The notes under the pieces are model-generated. The model was given only the letters and a program-made list of their open reading frames with translations. It was not told the DNA's origin and searched no databases. A stretch of 64,000 bases of DNA, taken from positions 45,260,001-45,324,000 of the forward strand of contig NC_043007.1 in the NCBI RefSeq assembly GCF_006345805.1, in the 5' to 3' direction. The position numbers and the translations under genes are program-made. The stretch comes from Octopus sinensis (taxonomy: Eukaryota). This document shows positions 1-12,357 of the stretch, one piece after another (the first letter of the stretch is position 1; each line of letters begins with the position of its first letter).

Positions 1-1289
1 CAATATCGTTAACTGGTCAATTACTGAAATATGTCAGCTTGACAGAAAAATTCGAAAATGTTGACAATGCATAGAATGCACCACCCTAAGGCAGATACAG
101 AACGACTTTATCTGCCAAGAAAAGAGGGAGGCCGTGGTCTTTTGCAACTGGCAATAACAATGAAGATTGCTACAATTGGCCTAGACACCTTCCTGAAAAA
201 CTTTGAGGACTGGATGTTAAAACTTGTCTCAAAACATGAAAACAAGAAAGCATCATTACTCAGTAACAAAACAGGCAAAGGAATATCTAAGGGAATTCCG
301 AATACAACAAATTAAGATATTCTGAATAATGAATGGCTAGAAAAACCTCTCTATGGCAAATATCCAAAGAGAGCGAATAATGCAGATATTGACAAAGCCC
401 TGACCCATAAATGGCTAATGGCCTCTGGCTTCAAATCTGAAACAGAAGGGTTTATCATAGCAGCTCAAGATCAATGCCTACCAACAAGAAACTACCAGGC
501 CAACATATTAAAGAACGGCAGTAGCCCAACATGTTGTGTATGCCGACAACAAAATGAAACCATTGATCATGTTGTCTCCAAATGCAGTCTTCTAGCGCCT
601 ACAGAGTACCTCATCAGGCATGATAGAGATGCCCAATATATTCAGTGGGTAATTTGCAAAAACCTGGATTTGTCCCATGAAAAAAACTGGTGGGAACACA
701 ATCCACCTCCAGTGCTTGAAAATGACCACATCTCACTCCTCTGGAACTTCACCATTCAAACTGACAGAAAGATAGATGCAAATAGGCCAGACATCATATT
801 GAAAGACTTCAGACAAAGAACATGCCTCCTTATTGATATGACTGTCCCAATCGATATAAACGTATCTGTCAAGACCTACCAAAAACTGAGCAAATATAAA
901 GATCTTGAAATAGAAATAAAAAAAATGTGGAACCTGAAGACTAAAACAATACCTGTTGTCATAGGTGCCCTGGGAATGATAGCGAAAGGGGCTGATTGCT
1001 ACCTAACTCAGATACCAGGAAACCCCAAAATGGCAGAAATTCAAAAGATAGTGCTCATGGGAATTGCTCATATCCTACGCAAAATACTCTCTATGTAATC
1101 CCAAGGTTTAAAACAAACTTTTTTTAAAATTTATGTATTAGACATTCACTAGTACAACACAAAAAACCCCCAAAATATATGGCAGACTAGGCATAACAAC
1201 AACGTGAACTTCCAACCTGTTGTCTCTTGAGGTCTCTGGGTGAGACTTGGAGCCAACTTGTACAAATATAAAGCAAAAGTCAAACATAG
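1..1289 (+). mobile_element. R4/Dong-type non-LTR retrotransposon (RLE clade), 3' part, disrupted ORF
   Basis: ORFs 58-315 (RMHHPKADTERLYLPRKEGGRGL) and 418-1098 (CCHC knuckle CCVC..ETIDHVVSKC; restriction-like endonuclease RPDIIL..IDMTVP..KYKDL), then a 3' UTR ending in (TAA)n at 1290. The 5' part lies outside the window. Confidence 0.9.
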
Positions 1290-1369
1290 AATAATAATAA
1301 TAATATAATAATAATATTAATAATAATAATAATGATAATAATGATAATAGTAATAATAATAATAATAAC

Positions 1370-1427
<58 letters not shown>

Positions 1428-1460
1428 GCAACAACAATAACAACCACAACAGCAACAACA
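1290..1460 (+). repeat. (AAT)n/(AAC)n microsatellite
   Basis: Directly visible; source of the poly-L and poly-Y artefact ORFs. Confidence 0.95.
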
Positions 1461-1612
1461 ACATCGAAAATACCTTAGGAACGTGAACTCAGGTTCGAAA
1501 TTTCCCCAAGACACCTGATGAAGGCTGGTGGGTATATCAGCTGAAACGTTGAGTTAACAACAAACAATATGAGGACAAATATCCGTCAATTGTAAATAAT
1601 GTAAATAATTGG
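1461..1612 (+). mobile_element. Hammerhead-bearing tail of a short interspersed element (family H1)
   Basis: Closely similar to 63100-63255 (-) and 63463-63610 (+). Confidence 0.8.
1510..1555 (+). ncRNA. Minimal type-I hammerhead ribozyme motif (H1)
   Basis: GACAC-CTGATGA-A-GGCTG-loop-CAGCT-GAAA-CGTT-GAGTT: intact core, 5-bp stem II, palindromic AACGTT stem III, stem I with one mismatch. Confidence 0.75.
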
Positions 1613-2205
1613 TTAATTAATTTTTTCTTTCAGTGAAACAGGTACACTTATAATATCGGAAGAACGAGACCTTTAGGTTAGAAACAAAAACTTGGAGAGT
1701 ATTTTACTAAAAATAGGATTATTTAATTACAAGTAATCCACCAGAAACCTTTTCTTTAATAGGCTCTGATATAGAAGTGAACATATTCTATCTTATACCA
1801 AAAGTAGCGAATGGGGGAATTTAGCGCAGAATATATTTTGGTCAAGTGTTAGTTGCTGTTTAGAAGTGAAGCATTTTTGTCCCCCAAAAGAATAGGTTTA
1901 TTACGTAGCTTTTAGATATATGAAGTATGTTCGGAATTTTATCTCAATGAACTTCAAGCTAAATACTAAAGCACGTAGTTAAGAACTTAACCTCACAGAG
2001 AATCAATTCCATGGATAGTATAGGATTGCATTTGTCTCACTTAGCAATGCGATAAACCAAATATCTCTTGCTGAATCTGCAACATGGTCAGGAACACTGC
2101 AAAGAAAAGGTTTATTACTCACCCAAGTATATAATTGTGTGTGTGTGTGTACGTGTCTGAGAGTATATGAGTATAATATATCTATATGTGTGCGCGCGCG
2201 CGTGT

Positions 2206-2246
<41 letters not shown>

Positions 2247-2577
2247 TGTCCTATTGGACAAGTGACAAACCTGAAATCTTACAAAGGCAGACGTGTTTCC
2301 GTTTTGAAGTTAAAAGTTATATACGGTAAAATCCTGATCAACAGCAAAATTTGTGGATTCTACCTAACAAGTATACTGTGATAGAAAATGTTGGTCGTGA
2401 CACACGGTACACTATGTGGGGTGTGATAGCCTCATCCCAAACAGCTATGCAAATAGGTCTGCGAATGTTATCTGCTTTCTCCGAAATGTCATCGCTGCAG
2501 TATGTTTAGGTCATTGTATTTTGGTAGAATTGTCCAGACATGCTCGTGATGCATAAAAAATTATTCAAGTATATATT

Positions 2578-2760
2578 CGTTCCAAATTTTGGTACAGTTC
2601 TAGCAATTTTAGCGGACGGTGTAATTCGATTACATCAACGCTGGTGCTTATTTTATCGATAGCGAAAGGATGAAAGGCAAAGTCGACCTTGGCGAATTTG
2701 AACTCAGAAAAAAAGATAAACGAAATGCTACTAAGCATTCTGCCGGCTTGCCACCTTATT
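2578..2760 (-). mobile_element. tRNA-like SINE, family D (degenerate)
   Basis: Shares 'gatgaaaggcaaagtcgacc..gaatttgaactcagaa' with 59200-59398, 60465-60652 and 12358-12572. Confidence 0.7.
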
Positions 2761-3862
2761 TAACTATATATTGAGCAATATAGGTTGTTCTAGTTTAAAA
2801 TACAAACAAAAGTATCTACACTTCATTGACATCCGGTGTCGTGTGTGTGTATCTATAAATGCATCTGTCTGATTACCTGCTTGTTAATCTGTCTATCTGT
2901 ATTACGGAACTTTCTTCGGGAACGATGCATCAATGTCTAGGTTCTCTATCAACAGAAAGCACTTCTCACTGAATTAGTGAAGGATGTAGCTAAGAATTCC
3001 ACGCACAAGCATACCCTTGTAATTCTCATGGAGATTAATATGACAAATTCGACAGGGCTGGACCTATGCATTACTAATGAATTGCCTAGTACAAGCTTTT
3101 GCACATTTTAGTCTACCCAATTTCCATCAGAGTGCATGAATCAACCTGACTTTACGATAACGGAATTTTGGCCAAAATCCCTTGGAGTCGAAACCGAATC
3201 CCTTTGGCTGTTAAGGAAATGTTGCAACCACTTAGCTATCCATAAGAACTTATTCACGAAGCCGTCAAGCGAAGTTCAAAGCAGCTAAATCTTGCTGTTA
3301 GATGATGCAGGATCTATTCAGCGGATTTCACGTTTTGTATGCTCCATCCAGTTGTGTGGTGCAAGAAAAGCTGTTCACTTTCAGTCGGTAAAATCTACCA
3401 AGAAAAAAAAAAAGCTGCGGTGCAAAAGAAGCCATGTTTCGAATACAATTGACATGTACGTTTTATGTGCTTTCATCTCTGCCCAATAATAGATTAGAGG
3501 CCATTGTCAACAACCCGTACAAATCTTCAATCGCAGACACCTCTTTTTACCTCCTGACCTTTCATATAGTCATAAGAATGTTTATGCTCCAATGAATTTT
3601 ATTTCGGTAATCTTTCATGACTTCTTAACTGCACCAACACAGTCTTCCTTTTTCTGAATGGCGCACTAAAATTATCAATGTTAACTACAGTTTTCACGCC
3701 AGTAAAATGTTTATCGTCGTTTTTTCTGTCTCTGTGCCTGCGTGTCTGTCTGTCATTCTGTCATTTTGTCTGTCTTTCTCTCTTTCTCTCTTGCAATCTC
3801 TCTCTCTCAATATATATATATATATATATATAATGAAAAAATGTACCGTCATTCTATATATA

Positions 3863-3898
<36 letters not shown>

Positions 3899-3936
3899 AA
3901 TGAAAATATTTATCGTCGTTATGTATGTATATATAT

Positions 3937-3991
<55 letters not shown>

Positions 3992-4545
3992 AGGACAGTG
4001 TGTGTGTATGTTTGTGCGTGTGCGTGTGTGTGTGTGTGTGTGTAGAAACTATTGGCTTTTTTCACGCACGTACATAATACCTAGACTAACCCACGCAAAA
4101 TCAATATTATGATCTTCATATTAAAGCAACAAACACAATTAGGGAGAAACAAAATAAAGCAAGCGATGACACATACACAAACGCGATATTTGTATGATGA
4201 ACACACATACAGACACGCACATACACACGCACGAACGCACACATATATCTTTCATTATCAACAAAATTGGAATAATTCCAAGAATTCCCACCCGGTACTC
4301 AAGTAATTTTAACTATGAAGACATTGAACTTCTCAACACCCACCTACATTTGTAAAGAAATCTTGTACAAAGTATATGTATATATAAATCTGCGTGAGTG
4401 CACGTGTATGTATATATATATATATATAATATATATACATACACACTTACATATATATATATATATATGTACGTGTGTGTTTGTGCGTATGTATAGATCT
4501 CTATATGCGTATATATATATGCATATGTATATATCTATATATGCT

Positions 4546-4576
<31 letters not shown>

Positions 4577-4631
4577 GAATCTATATATATATGTATATGT
4601 ATATATATATACGTTTATATATACATATGTG

Positions 4632-4673
<42 letters not shown>

Positions 4674-5079
4674 TTTTCTCATTCCAATTTTTTTCCTGCA
4701 ACTTCATAAGGACTATGAACGAAAGAATACCTTTTAAACTTCCCATATTCCTTGTGCGTCAGTTCTCAGTTATTGCATTTTCTTTTTGTTTTATATATTC
4801 CATACTCGCCAAGGTTTGATTTGCATTTTTGCATACAATTAATACATTCCCTTTCAGTATATTTTTCCATAATATCCATTATACTCTTGAGCCAATCACT
4901 TCTGTCACATCCCAAATTCTCAAAGGCGGCAAAACGCCGTTTATGCTCTAAATTTAGATCTAATTGAATGTACAATCCAATATCATTCTATAATATATGT
5001 TACGTTGAGGCGCGCATATTATATATATATATATGAACGCATAGATAGTTTGATAGAGAAATATACAAATATATACATG

Positions 5080-5120
<41 letters not shown>

Positions 5121-5123
<3 letters not shown>

Positions 5124-5510
5124 CGTAGGACTGACTGAGTGGTAAGTAGCTTACTTACCAACCACATGGTTTCGGGTTCATTTCGACTGCGTGACACCTT
5201 GGTCAAGTGTCTTCTGCTATACTCTCGGGGAAACCAATAGATTTGGTAGAGGGAAACTGAAAGAAGCCTGTCGTATAAATGTATATATATATGTATGTTT
5301 GTGTGTATATGTTTGTGTGTCTGTGTTTGTCCCCCAACATTGCTTGACAACCGATGCTGGTGTGTTTACGTCCCCGTAACGTAGAGGTTCGGCAAAAGAG
5401 ACCGATAGAATAAGTACTAGGCTTACAAAGAGTAAGTCCTGGGGTCGATTTGCAGGCCTAAAGGCGGTACTCCAGCATGGCCACTGTCAAATGATTGAAA
5501 CATGTGAAAG
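5121..5510 (+). mobile_element. tRNA-derived SINE, family A (internal microsatellite)
   Basis: tRNA-like head (ggcgtagga..tggtaag..gggttca), internal (TA)/(TG) tract and tail 'gatagaataagtactaggcttacaaag..ctccagcatggcc'; several more copies in the window. Confidence 0.85.
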
Positions 5511-5528
5511 AGTATATTTATATGTATT

Positions 5529-5564
<36 letters not shown>

Positions 5565-5569
<5 letters not shown>

Positions 5570-6057
5570 TATTTAGAGATAGTAGTCCCCTTCATCCCAC
5601 CATATAAAGAATTTTAATTTAATTTAATACTTACTACTCATTTCTCAGCTACACGAGTTTCTTAGCACGCAGTGTTTTACATGAACCTTTCTTAAAATGT
5701 AACCCCAATCTTCAGGCCTCTAAATAACTGTATCATAGTTCGATACCAAATACTATATTTTGATTTAACAAGTATGTGTATGTGTAAATAGGTTCGCCGG
5801 ACCTATTTACACATACACATACTTATATGTTAAAATTAAAATATAGTATTTGGCATCGAACTATGATAAAGTTATTTACAGGCCTGATGATTGGGGTTAA
5901 ATTTTTAAAAAGGTTCATGTAAAACACTGCGTGCTTAAGGAACCGCAAAAAAACCTTAAAAAACACGTGTAGCAGAGAAATGAGTAGTAAGTATGAAATT
6001 AAATTAAAATTCTTTTATATGGTGAGATGAAGGGGACTACTATCTCTAAATAACATA
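5565..6057. repeat. Long imperfect inverted repeat (foldback, arms about 230-255 bp)
   Basis: Arms reverse-complement from tatgttatttagagatagtagtcccc to ggggactactatctctaaataacata; loop tcgccgg at about 5794-5800. Confidence 0.9.
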
Positions 6058-6165
6058 TATATTCCCTTATTAAGAATGATTTGAACCCTTGCAATGCCGG
6101 AATTTTTATTCCCTAATAAATAGAATAATATATATATATGTCTTATATATGTATTATATATATAT

Positions 6166-6772
6166 AATGTCTTACTTTGAAAAATTGCATTCGGTGGGAT
6201 TAGTAATATTTTTGGTAGAAATGACTGATTGTCCCTCTTAGCGTTTGGCATGTATGTATAATGCCTCCTGGCATGTATATATAATGCCCTCTATATAAAT
6301 TAATATGTTCAATAAGAAATAATTATTTTCGAAATTTTTTCTCTTATGAGGTTTTTACGCTATCTACCTGACAATTTCTTGTTAAGTTTTCCTTATTAAG
6401 TAGTTGTCCTTATTGCTAAATTTTTATTCCGAAAAAACTTTTCCTCTCCCGAAATGCAATTCGTAAAAGTTTGCCATTTACCCGGATGTAATATATATAA
6501 ACTCACCCATGTGCTTCGTTGATGTTGATCAGTTAGCTGATCGGCTTAAGCGAGGCAGGGTCGTTGTTTATTTATAATACATTCAGGCCTGCTGATGATT
6601 ACGTAAGTATGAAATCACTGTGATACAGGTCTATATTTTTAAATGTCTTACTTTGAAAAATTGCATTCGGTGGGATTAGTAATATTTTTGGTAGAAATGA
6701 CTGATTGTCCCTCTTAGCGTTTGGCATGTATGTATAATGCCTCCTGGCATGTATATATAATGCCCTCTATAT
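6166..6772 (+). repeat. About 131-bp direct repeat (6166-6297 and 6642-6772) bracketing a hammerhead-containing segment
   Basis: aatgtcttactttgaaaaattgcattcggtggg...gccctctatata occurs twice with a 476-bp period. Confidence 0.9.
6586..6631 (+). ncRNA. Type-I hammerhead ribozyme motif (H2)
   Basis: GGCCTG-CTGATGA-TTAC gtaa GTAT-GAAA-TCAC t GTGA-TA-CAGGTC: 6-bp stem I, canonical core, near-palindromic stem III, AUA cleavage triplet; the first stem II pair is a T/T mismatch. Confidence 0.75.
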
Positions 6773-6782
6773 ATAAATATAT

Positions 6783-6829
<47 letters not shown>

Positions 6830-6830
<1 letters not shown>

Positions 6831-7030
6831 ATCCAAACAAGAAAACACAAAAAAAAAACAACGAGAGGACGTTGAACAAATATAGTATTATTGGACGCTC
6901 AGGAAAGAAGGAAATAATGAGGGTTTAACGTTTCAAGCGGAGCTCTTCGTCGGAAACATAGGAGAAGGAAAGATCCAGAGAAGGGAAGACAGAGGGAAAA
7001 ATCGCCAACGGTACACACGAGGTCACATTT
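6830..7030 (-). mobile_element. Penelope-like terminal fragment (family H3)
   Basis: Similar to 45150-45300 ('gtatta..gcgctcaggaaa..tttaacgtttc..gctcttc'), the end of the Penelope-like element; flanked by (TA)n. Confidence 0.65.
6923..6957 (-). ncRNA. Minimal hammerhead-like motif, U4C variant (H3)
   Basis: Reverse complement reads GTTT-CCGACGA-A-GAGC tcc GCTT-GAAA-CGTT-AAAC. Confidence 0.6.
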
Positions 7031-8108
7031 TGAAAATGTATATATATATATATATCTATTTATACTCACATATACAAACACACACGCACGTATATATATA
7101 TATATATATATTAATATATATATATGTATGTATGTATGTGTATGAGTGTGTTTGTTCTTATATATGTGAGCATGTGTCTGTTTATATAGGTGTGACTATA
7201 TATGTGCGTATATATATGTGCGTGTTGGGAAAGATATTTTCTTTGAGACATGTCGTACTGAATACACGACTGTGTTTCTAGTTTTATCTTTGATAACAAG
7301 GATATAAAATATTTTGGTTATTTATTTATTTCTAAGCTTGTGTTGTTGACCTTTAACGTCTATTTTTCCTTTCGTAAATAAGTGCAAGAATCTAATGTGC
7401 AAATAAGAAAAAAACCAAAACAAAACCAAACCAAACAAAAAAATGATTATTTGATAAAAGTCGAACGTTGTTGAGCGTATATGTATGTTTTTGCTTGTGT
7501 ACGTGCGTGTGTGTGCGCGCGTGCGCGGTTGTATGTGTATTCATTGCTCATAGAAGCAGAAAATTACAATCGCTCTTAGTTCAAGTTAAGGGTTCCAATT
7601 TTCGGTCGATAGTACAGATTAAAGGGAGAAGAGCTCATATACACACTTTTGCGTCTGAAAAACGCATCAATGTTCCAGAAATGGTAAAATTGCAGAGAAG
7701 CTGAAAAATGGAATTTTTTTTTCTGAAGAGTCTTAGGAAAGACATTTAAATATCATACTGTAATCTAATTAAATGCTTTCTGGAACCTTTTATCCATTGA
7801 GTGCTTTTACTTACAATAAATTATATATCACGACATTATATAAAACGTTAATTATGAAATTGCATACAGTAATATTATATATAATTTTACATAATGTATT
7901 GCATATAGCTATGTTATAGATATTTTTATATATAAAATACCATGGTGATATATAGTGAATTCTTATTGAGTTGTTTCCTTGGAAATGCAATCATGAAAAA
8001 AATCACTGAGCACTTTAAATATTGCTGTAATTATTCTCCGTACATCAATCTGCATACACACACACACACACACTTAGACACATACGCACACACACACAGA
8101 TACACACA

Positions 8109-9344
8109 TTGGGTCATCCTATAAATAATGCGTGTTTTTCAATTGCATAAAGTAAAAAGTCGGGGTGGGGGTGAGGGCGGGATAAATTACTTGCATCAAC
8201 TTGCTATAAAAGCAGGTAGTAATTTTCCCTTGTATATAGTGCGAATTTTGAAGAGTGCAGTTCGATTTTACTTGCTATTTTTTCAAAGCTACAATGAAAA
8301 TGACAAAGGAGAATATTCGGCATATTTTCTTTTGTGAGTTCAATAACGGCAACAACGCAACGAAAAGTGCGAGGAATATTAAGGCAGTACATGGGGATCG
8401 GACAATAAGCGTAAGCCAGTGTCAACGGTAGTTCCTGTAAATCTGAGCCGGAAACTATAGCCTAGAAGGCGGGCCTCATCCTGGAAGATCTGCAGAGCTC
8501 GACGAGGATGTCCTGCAAAACCTGATGGAACAAAATCCCATCGTAACTGTTGTAGAACTAGCAGAAAAGCTTGGGTTTAGTCGTTTAACCATTTATCGAC
8601 ACCTGCGTGCCATCGGAAAAGTGCGTAAATTAGGTCAATGGGTACCTCACATGTGTGCTTTTCTTTGCTGTCACCTCTCACGAATGAACCGTTTTTGGAC
8701 CGAATAGTGACTGTTGGCGAGAAATGGGTTCTCTATGAAACTGTCAAATGCTGAAGAGAGTGCGAAGGGAAAAGAGAAACACCGGCGCTCCAGGCTAAAG
8801 AAGGTCTTCACCCATGTAAGGTGTTGTTATTTGTTTGGTGGGATATGAAAGGTTTGGTCCTCTTTGAACTTTTAAACCCAAAGGAGATCTATCGTGAGCA
8901 GCTTGAGCGGCTTAAGTCAGCGCTATTAGGAAAATAGCCATCTTTGTTTTGTAGACTAAAGGTGTTCTTCCATCAGGATAATGCTCGGCCACATACAGTG
9001 AGGATGATATTCCAAAGTCTGGAGCAGTTTGAATGGGAAATGATGCCCCACCCACCATATTCGCTGGACATTACCGCATATGATCATCCTTTATTTCGCA
9101 ATCTTCAAAATCACTGGACGGAAAAAATCTGAATTCTGTAGACTAGGTCAGAACAGTACCGGAGGAGCATTTTTCGTCACGGACGAAATAGGGAATAAGG
9201 TCTTGCAAGGCTACCTAGCTGGTGGAAGAACATTATAGAAAATGAAGGAGTGTATATTTTAGATTAAAAAAGAACTTTGTCTATCTTAATTTTTAAAAAT
9301 AAAAGAAGTATTAAAAAACCTGCATTATTTATGGGATGGCACAA
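8109..9344 (+). mobile_element. Mariner DNA transposon, full length, inactivated
   Basis: Imperfect TIRs ttgggtcatcctataaataatgcg (8109-8132) and tgcattatttatgggatggcacaa (9321-9344, followed by TA). Transposase remnants from 8294 (MKMTKENIRHIFFCEF), LGQWVPH, HQDNARPH and PHPPYSLDITAYDHPLF, with stops and frameshifts. Confidence 0.92.
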
Positions 9345-11513
9345 TATATATGACGCATCTGTAAAAATCAGCACGTAAGAACACAATTCTGTATTGTATA
9401 AGTAATGACCATAAAACAGTGACTTCGTTTCATTAGAGAAAGCGAGTTTGAAGTAGATCGATAATTTCCTGTTTATTTCTGGTTGTAAATTAGCGTCGAA
9501 GTCAGGCAGTTAAAAGGCGAAAACTGAACTTCGACAAAGTCTGTAATCAGAAGCGGCGATCTCGCCACTCAATTCTATAAAGCGATTAGATCATCATTCT
9601 ATAGTCACCACTAATCTTGTGTAATCACTTAGAACATTATTAAAGCCATTTTTAACCTATCACTATTTAAGTTAATTCTCTATTCAGTAGGAGGAAGTAG
9701 GGTTAAGTATTCCAGTCGAATACTGTGCAGATAGCTTTAAATATAACCCAACGTCATTGCAAATGATTCAGATGGTGCCATCTTCCTGATTCACAAATTT
9801 GGTTCATTAACTTCGAATGTTTCAGATTAGCGTACAAAATTCTTCAGCTTCATTATTATTTATTCTTCTCCTGTAATTGTGTAAAAACCGCCGGTTTACA
9901 TTCTTCTCATATTGAAGACTTCTTTATCTTAACTTAAGATTGTAAATAACACCAATGCTTCTTTAATATCTTTAACGTGGCAGACGAAATGCTTCTCCGC
10001 ATATGTAGGTTAGTCCTTTTATATATTGAGCTCAATCTTCTCCTTCATCCAACTTTCCATAAAATAGTGAAGTAAATAGTAAAATCACTGAAGAATTGTG
10101 AATTGACATAAGCGATTGTACCTCACAAAAATAAGTTGTTCTTTTTTTTTGATATCTTGCGCAAAGCTGTATTTTCCCAGTACAACCTATTATACTGTTC
10201 TGTATAGTGTTCTTGGTGTTCTTGGTGTTAATTTCACTTCACACGCGCCAATAGAGTAGGACGCCTCGTATGTCTTCCTACAGTTTATATCATAACGCTA
10301 CTGTTGCTAATTCATTGAGCAAAAGTATTGCCAAACATTTCTTTCACTTCAATGTAGCAGAGATGGCAAGTACGTGTTGTATCGGCATCATCAAAATAGA
10401 AAGAAATAATTTTCCTCTTTGTTTTAAAACGTAATAAATTTGTTAGTGAACAACAAGGATTTACGAAATATAATCACATTTTCATCTTTTAACAGGTTAG
10501 TCACTATTCGTAACGTGTTAACCTTAGGAGTAGTCAGAAAAATAGAAGCAGATCGTTTTTAATAAGTTTTGTCAGCAATAAGGACAGTAAATGTATTGGT
10601 AATACATGACTATATGAATGGATTAGTTTGAGGTGTAACAATAATGCCCATTGCTTTTTTTTTTTTACTGGGTTAGTCACTGGAGTAAAGGCAATAACCA
10701 CGATATTTTATGGTGTTAGTCAGAGGAATCAGGTTCAAACCGGCGGCAAATTTAAGTCCTCCTACGGCTGTTGACCTAAAAGATAGCTGACAGCTTCACA
10801 CTGAGACCTAGCACGAATGCTGTCAGCAGAATGGTCTTTACTGAAGACGTACAAAATACTGAAATGCGAGGCCAGAATTTACTTATCTTTCATCGCAAAT
10901 GTATGGAAGTATATTTAGAAACTTTGCTCATTTCATTCATTAATTAACATTTTGGGAATTATGAAAACTCATCTTCAATCAGTAGACTATTATTTCTTAT
11001 AACCTCAGTAGTTTTACTTATAAATGTTCTTTAGCTTTCATCGTGTATTCAGCATTTTTGTCTCTTAGAATCCTGTTTTCTTATCTACTACGTCGCTCTT
11101 GCGATATCATTTCGACCTGCTAAATACTATCATGCTTTCAACTGACGATTTTCTATCTAAGGTTTTATGTCGGTGTTCATGTTTCCATGTATTTTATCAA
11201 TTTTACAACCTCTTTAAAAACAGTGTTGCAAACAATACCAAGATTTTTGCCTGATATATAGTCTTCTCCACGCTTCTATCAAGGGCAACATGAAACGTTA
11301 TAGAAGCGTTATAGAGTATCTGTGTAACCGCCCTGCTTCGATGAATAGCAACAAAATCTCATAGAAAACATAACGTACCTCAAAGAAAAAAACGGAATGA
11401 TCAGGAAATAATTAGGAAAGATGAGATAGTCAGAGCTGGATGTCTATATCTCTCTTTCCCAACTTTCAGGCCATACGCCTATATTAGACGGAATTATTGT
11501 TATCATCCTTATT

Positions 11514-11718
11514 AAGGCCACGAGCTGGCAGATTCGTTAATACGCCGGACAAAATACCTAGCGGTATTTCATCGTCGTTACGTTTTGAGTTCGAATTCCC
11601 TCGAGGCTGACTTTGCACCCTTCAAGGGCAACAAAATAAGTACCAGTTGACCACTGCAGGTGATATAGTCGACTTCCCTTCCCCTCAGAAACCCTGGCTT
11701 TGTGCCAAAATTTGAAAC

Positions 11719-11772
<54 letters not shown>

Positions 11773-11790
11773 CATTATTATCATTATTAT
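11514..11790 (+). mobile_element. tRNA-like SINE, family D, followed by (TTA)n
   Basis: aaggccacgagctggcaga..gagttcgaattcc (B-box-like)..gtgccaaaatttgaaacc then (tta)n. Confidence 0.8.
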
Positions 11791-12357
11791 TAGGCAAATT
11801 TCGCCGAGTCCTATCCGAGGTCAATTAAATACAGTACCAATCAAGTTCTTGGCATAATGGCATTACTCAAATTTCAGGCCTTAGATTTATTAGCTTTATT
11901 TTATCATATTGGAAACTATATCATGTTAGAATTGTTGAGGTTTGTTAGTAGTACAGATTGTGTTGTTGGTGACCAAGTTCCAAATACAGTCGAAAACAGC
12001 AACTACACTGTTATTATATATACATTGGCAGTGATAACGAGATGAGGTGATGCAAACATTCTACTCTGTAACTCCTGCAGTTTACTGACCGGCTGTTTAT
12101 CACTTACATTCCTTAGTAAAGGCCATGTAAATAATGTGAATAGTACAGAGATATACCTCTACCCTCCAGCCATAAGCCTGCCAGTAAGGAAATACATTAT
12201 TTCACTCAACATTGCCTTCTTTGTTACCAATGAGCCAATACCGAGAAAGAACCACCTTCACCACGACGACGACGACGACGACGACGACGACTACGACGAC
12301 GACCACCACTTCTTAAGAAGAACTGCAACAACATTAATAATCACACTCATCATAATG

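Noticed and set aside
2320-2510. About 40-58 codon open frames on both strands (..RDTRYTMWGVIASSQ.. / DDISEKADNIRRPICIAVW..)
   Set aside because: No recognisable homology and only weak splice-site pairs; cannot be told from chance.
3330-3440. Minus-strand acceptor (T-rich..ggtag|) followed by a short frame
   Set aside because: All frames stop within 30 codons, there is no good donor and the peptides are unrecognised.
9600-10420. Possible decayed hAT transposase (TRTCHLCYIEVKEMFGNT, BED-finger-like)
   Set aside because: Only a CxxC motif; the His ligands, TIRs and catalytic motifs could not be found.
10495-10725. Three TTAGTCA (AP-1-like) motifs
   Set aside because: Short motif in AT-rich DNA with no promoter context.
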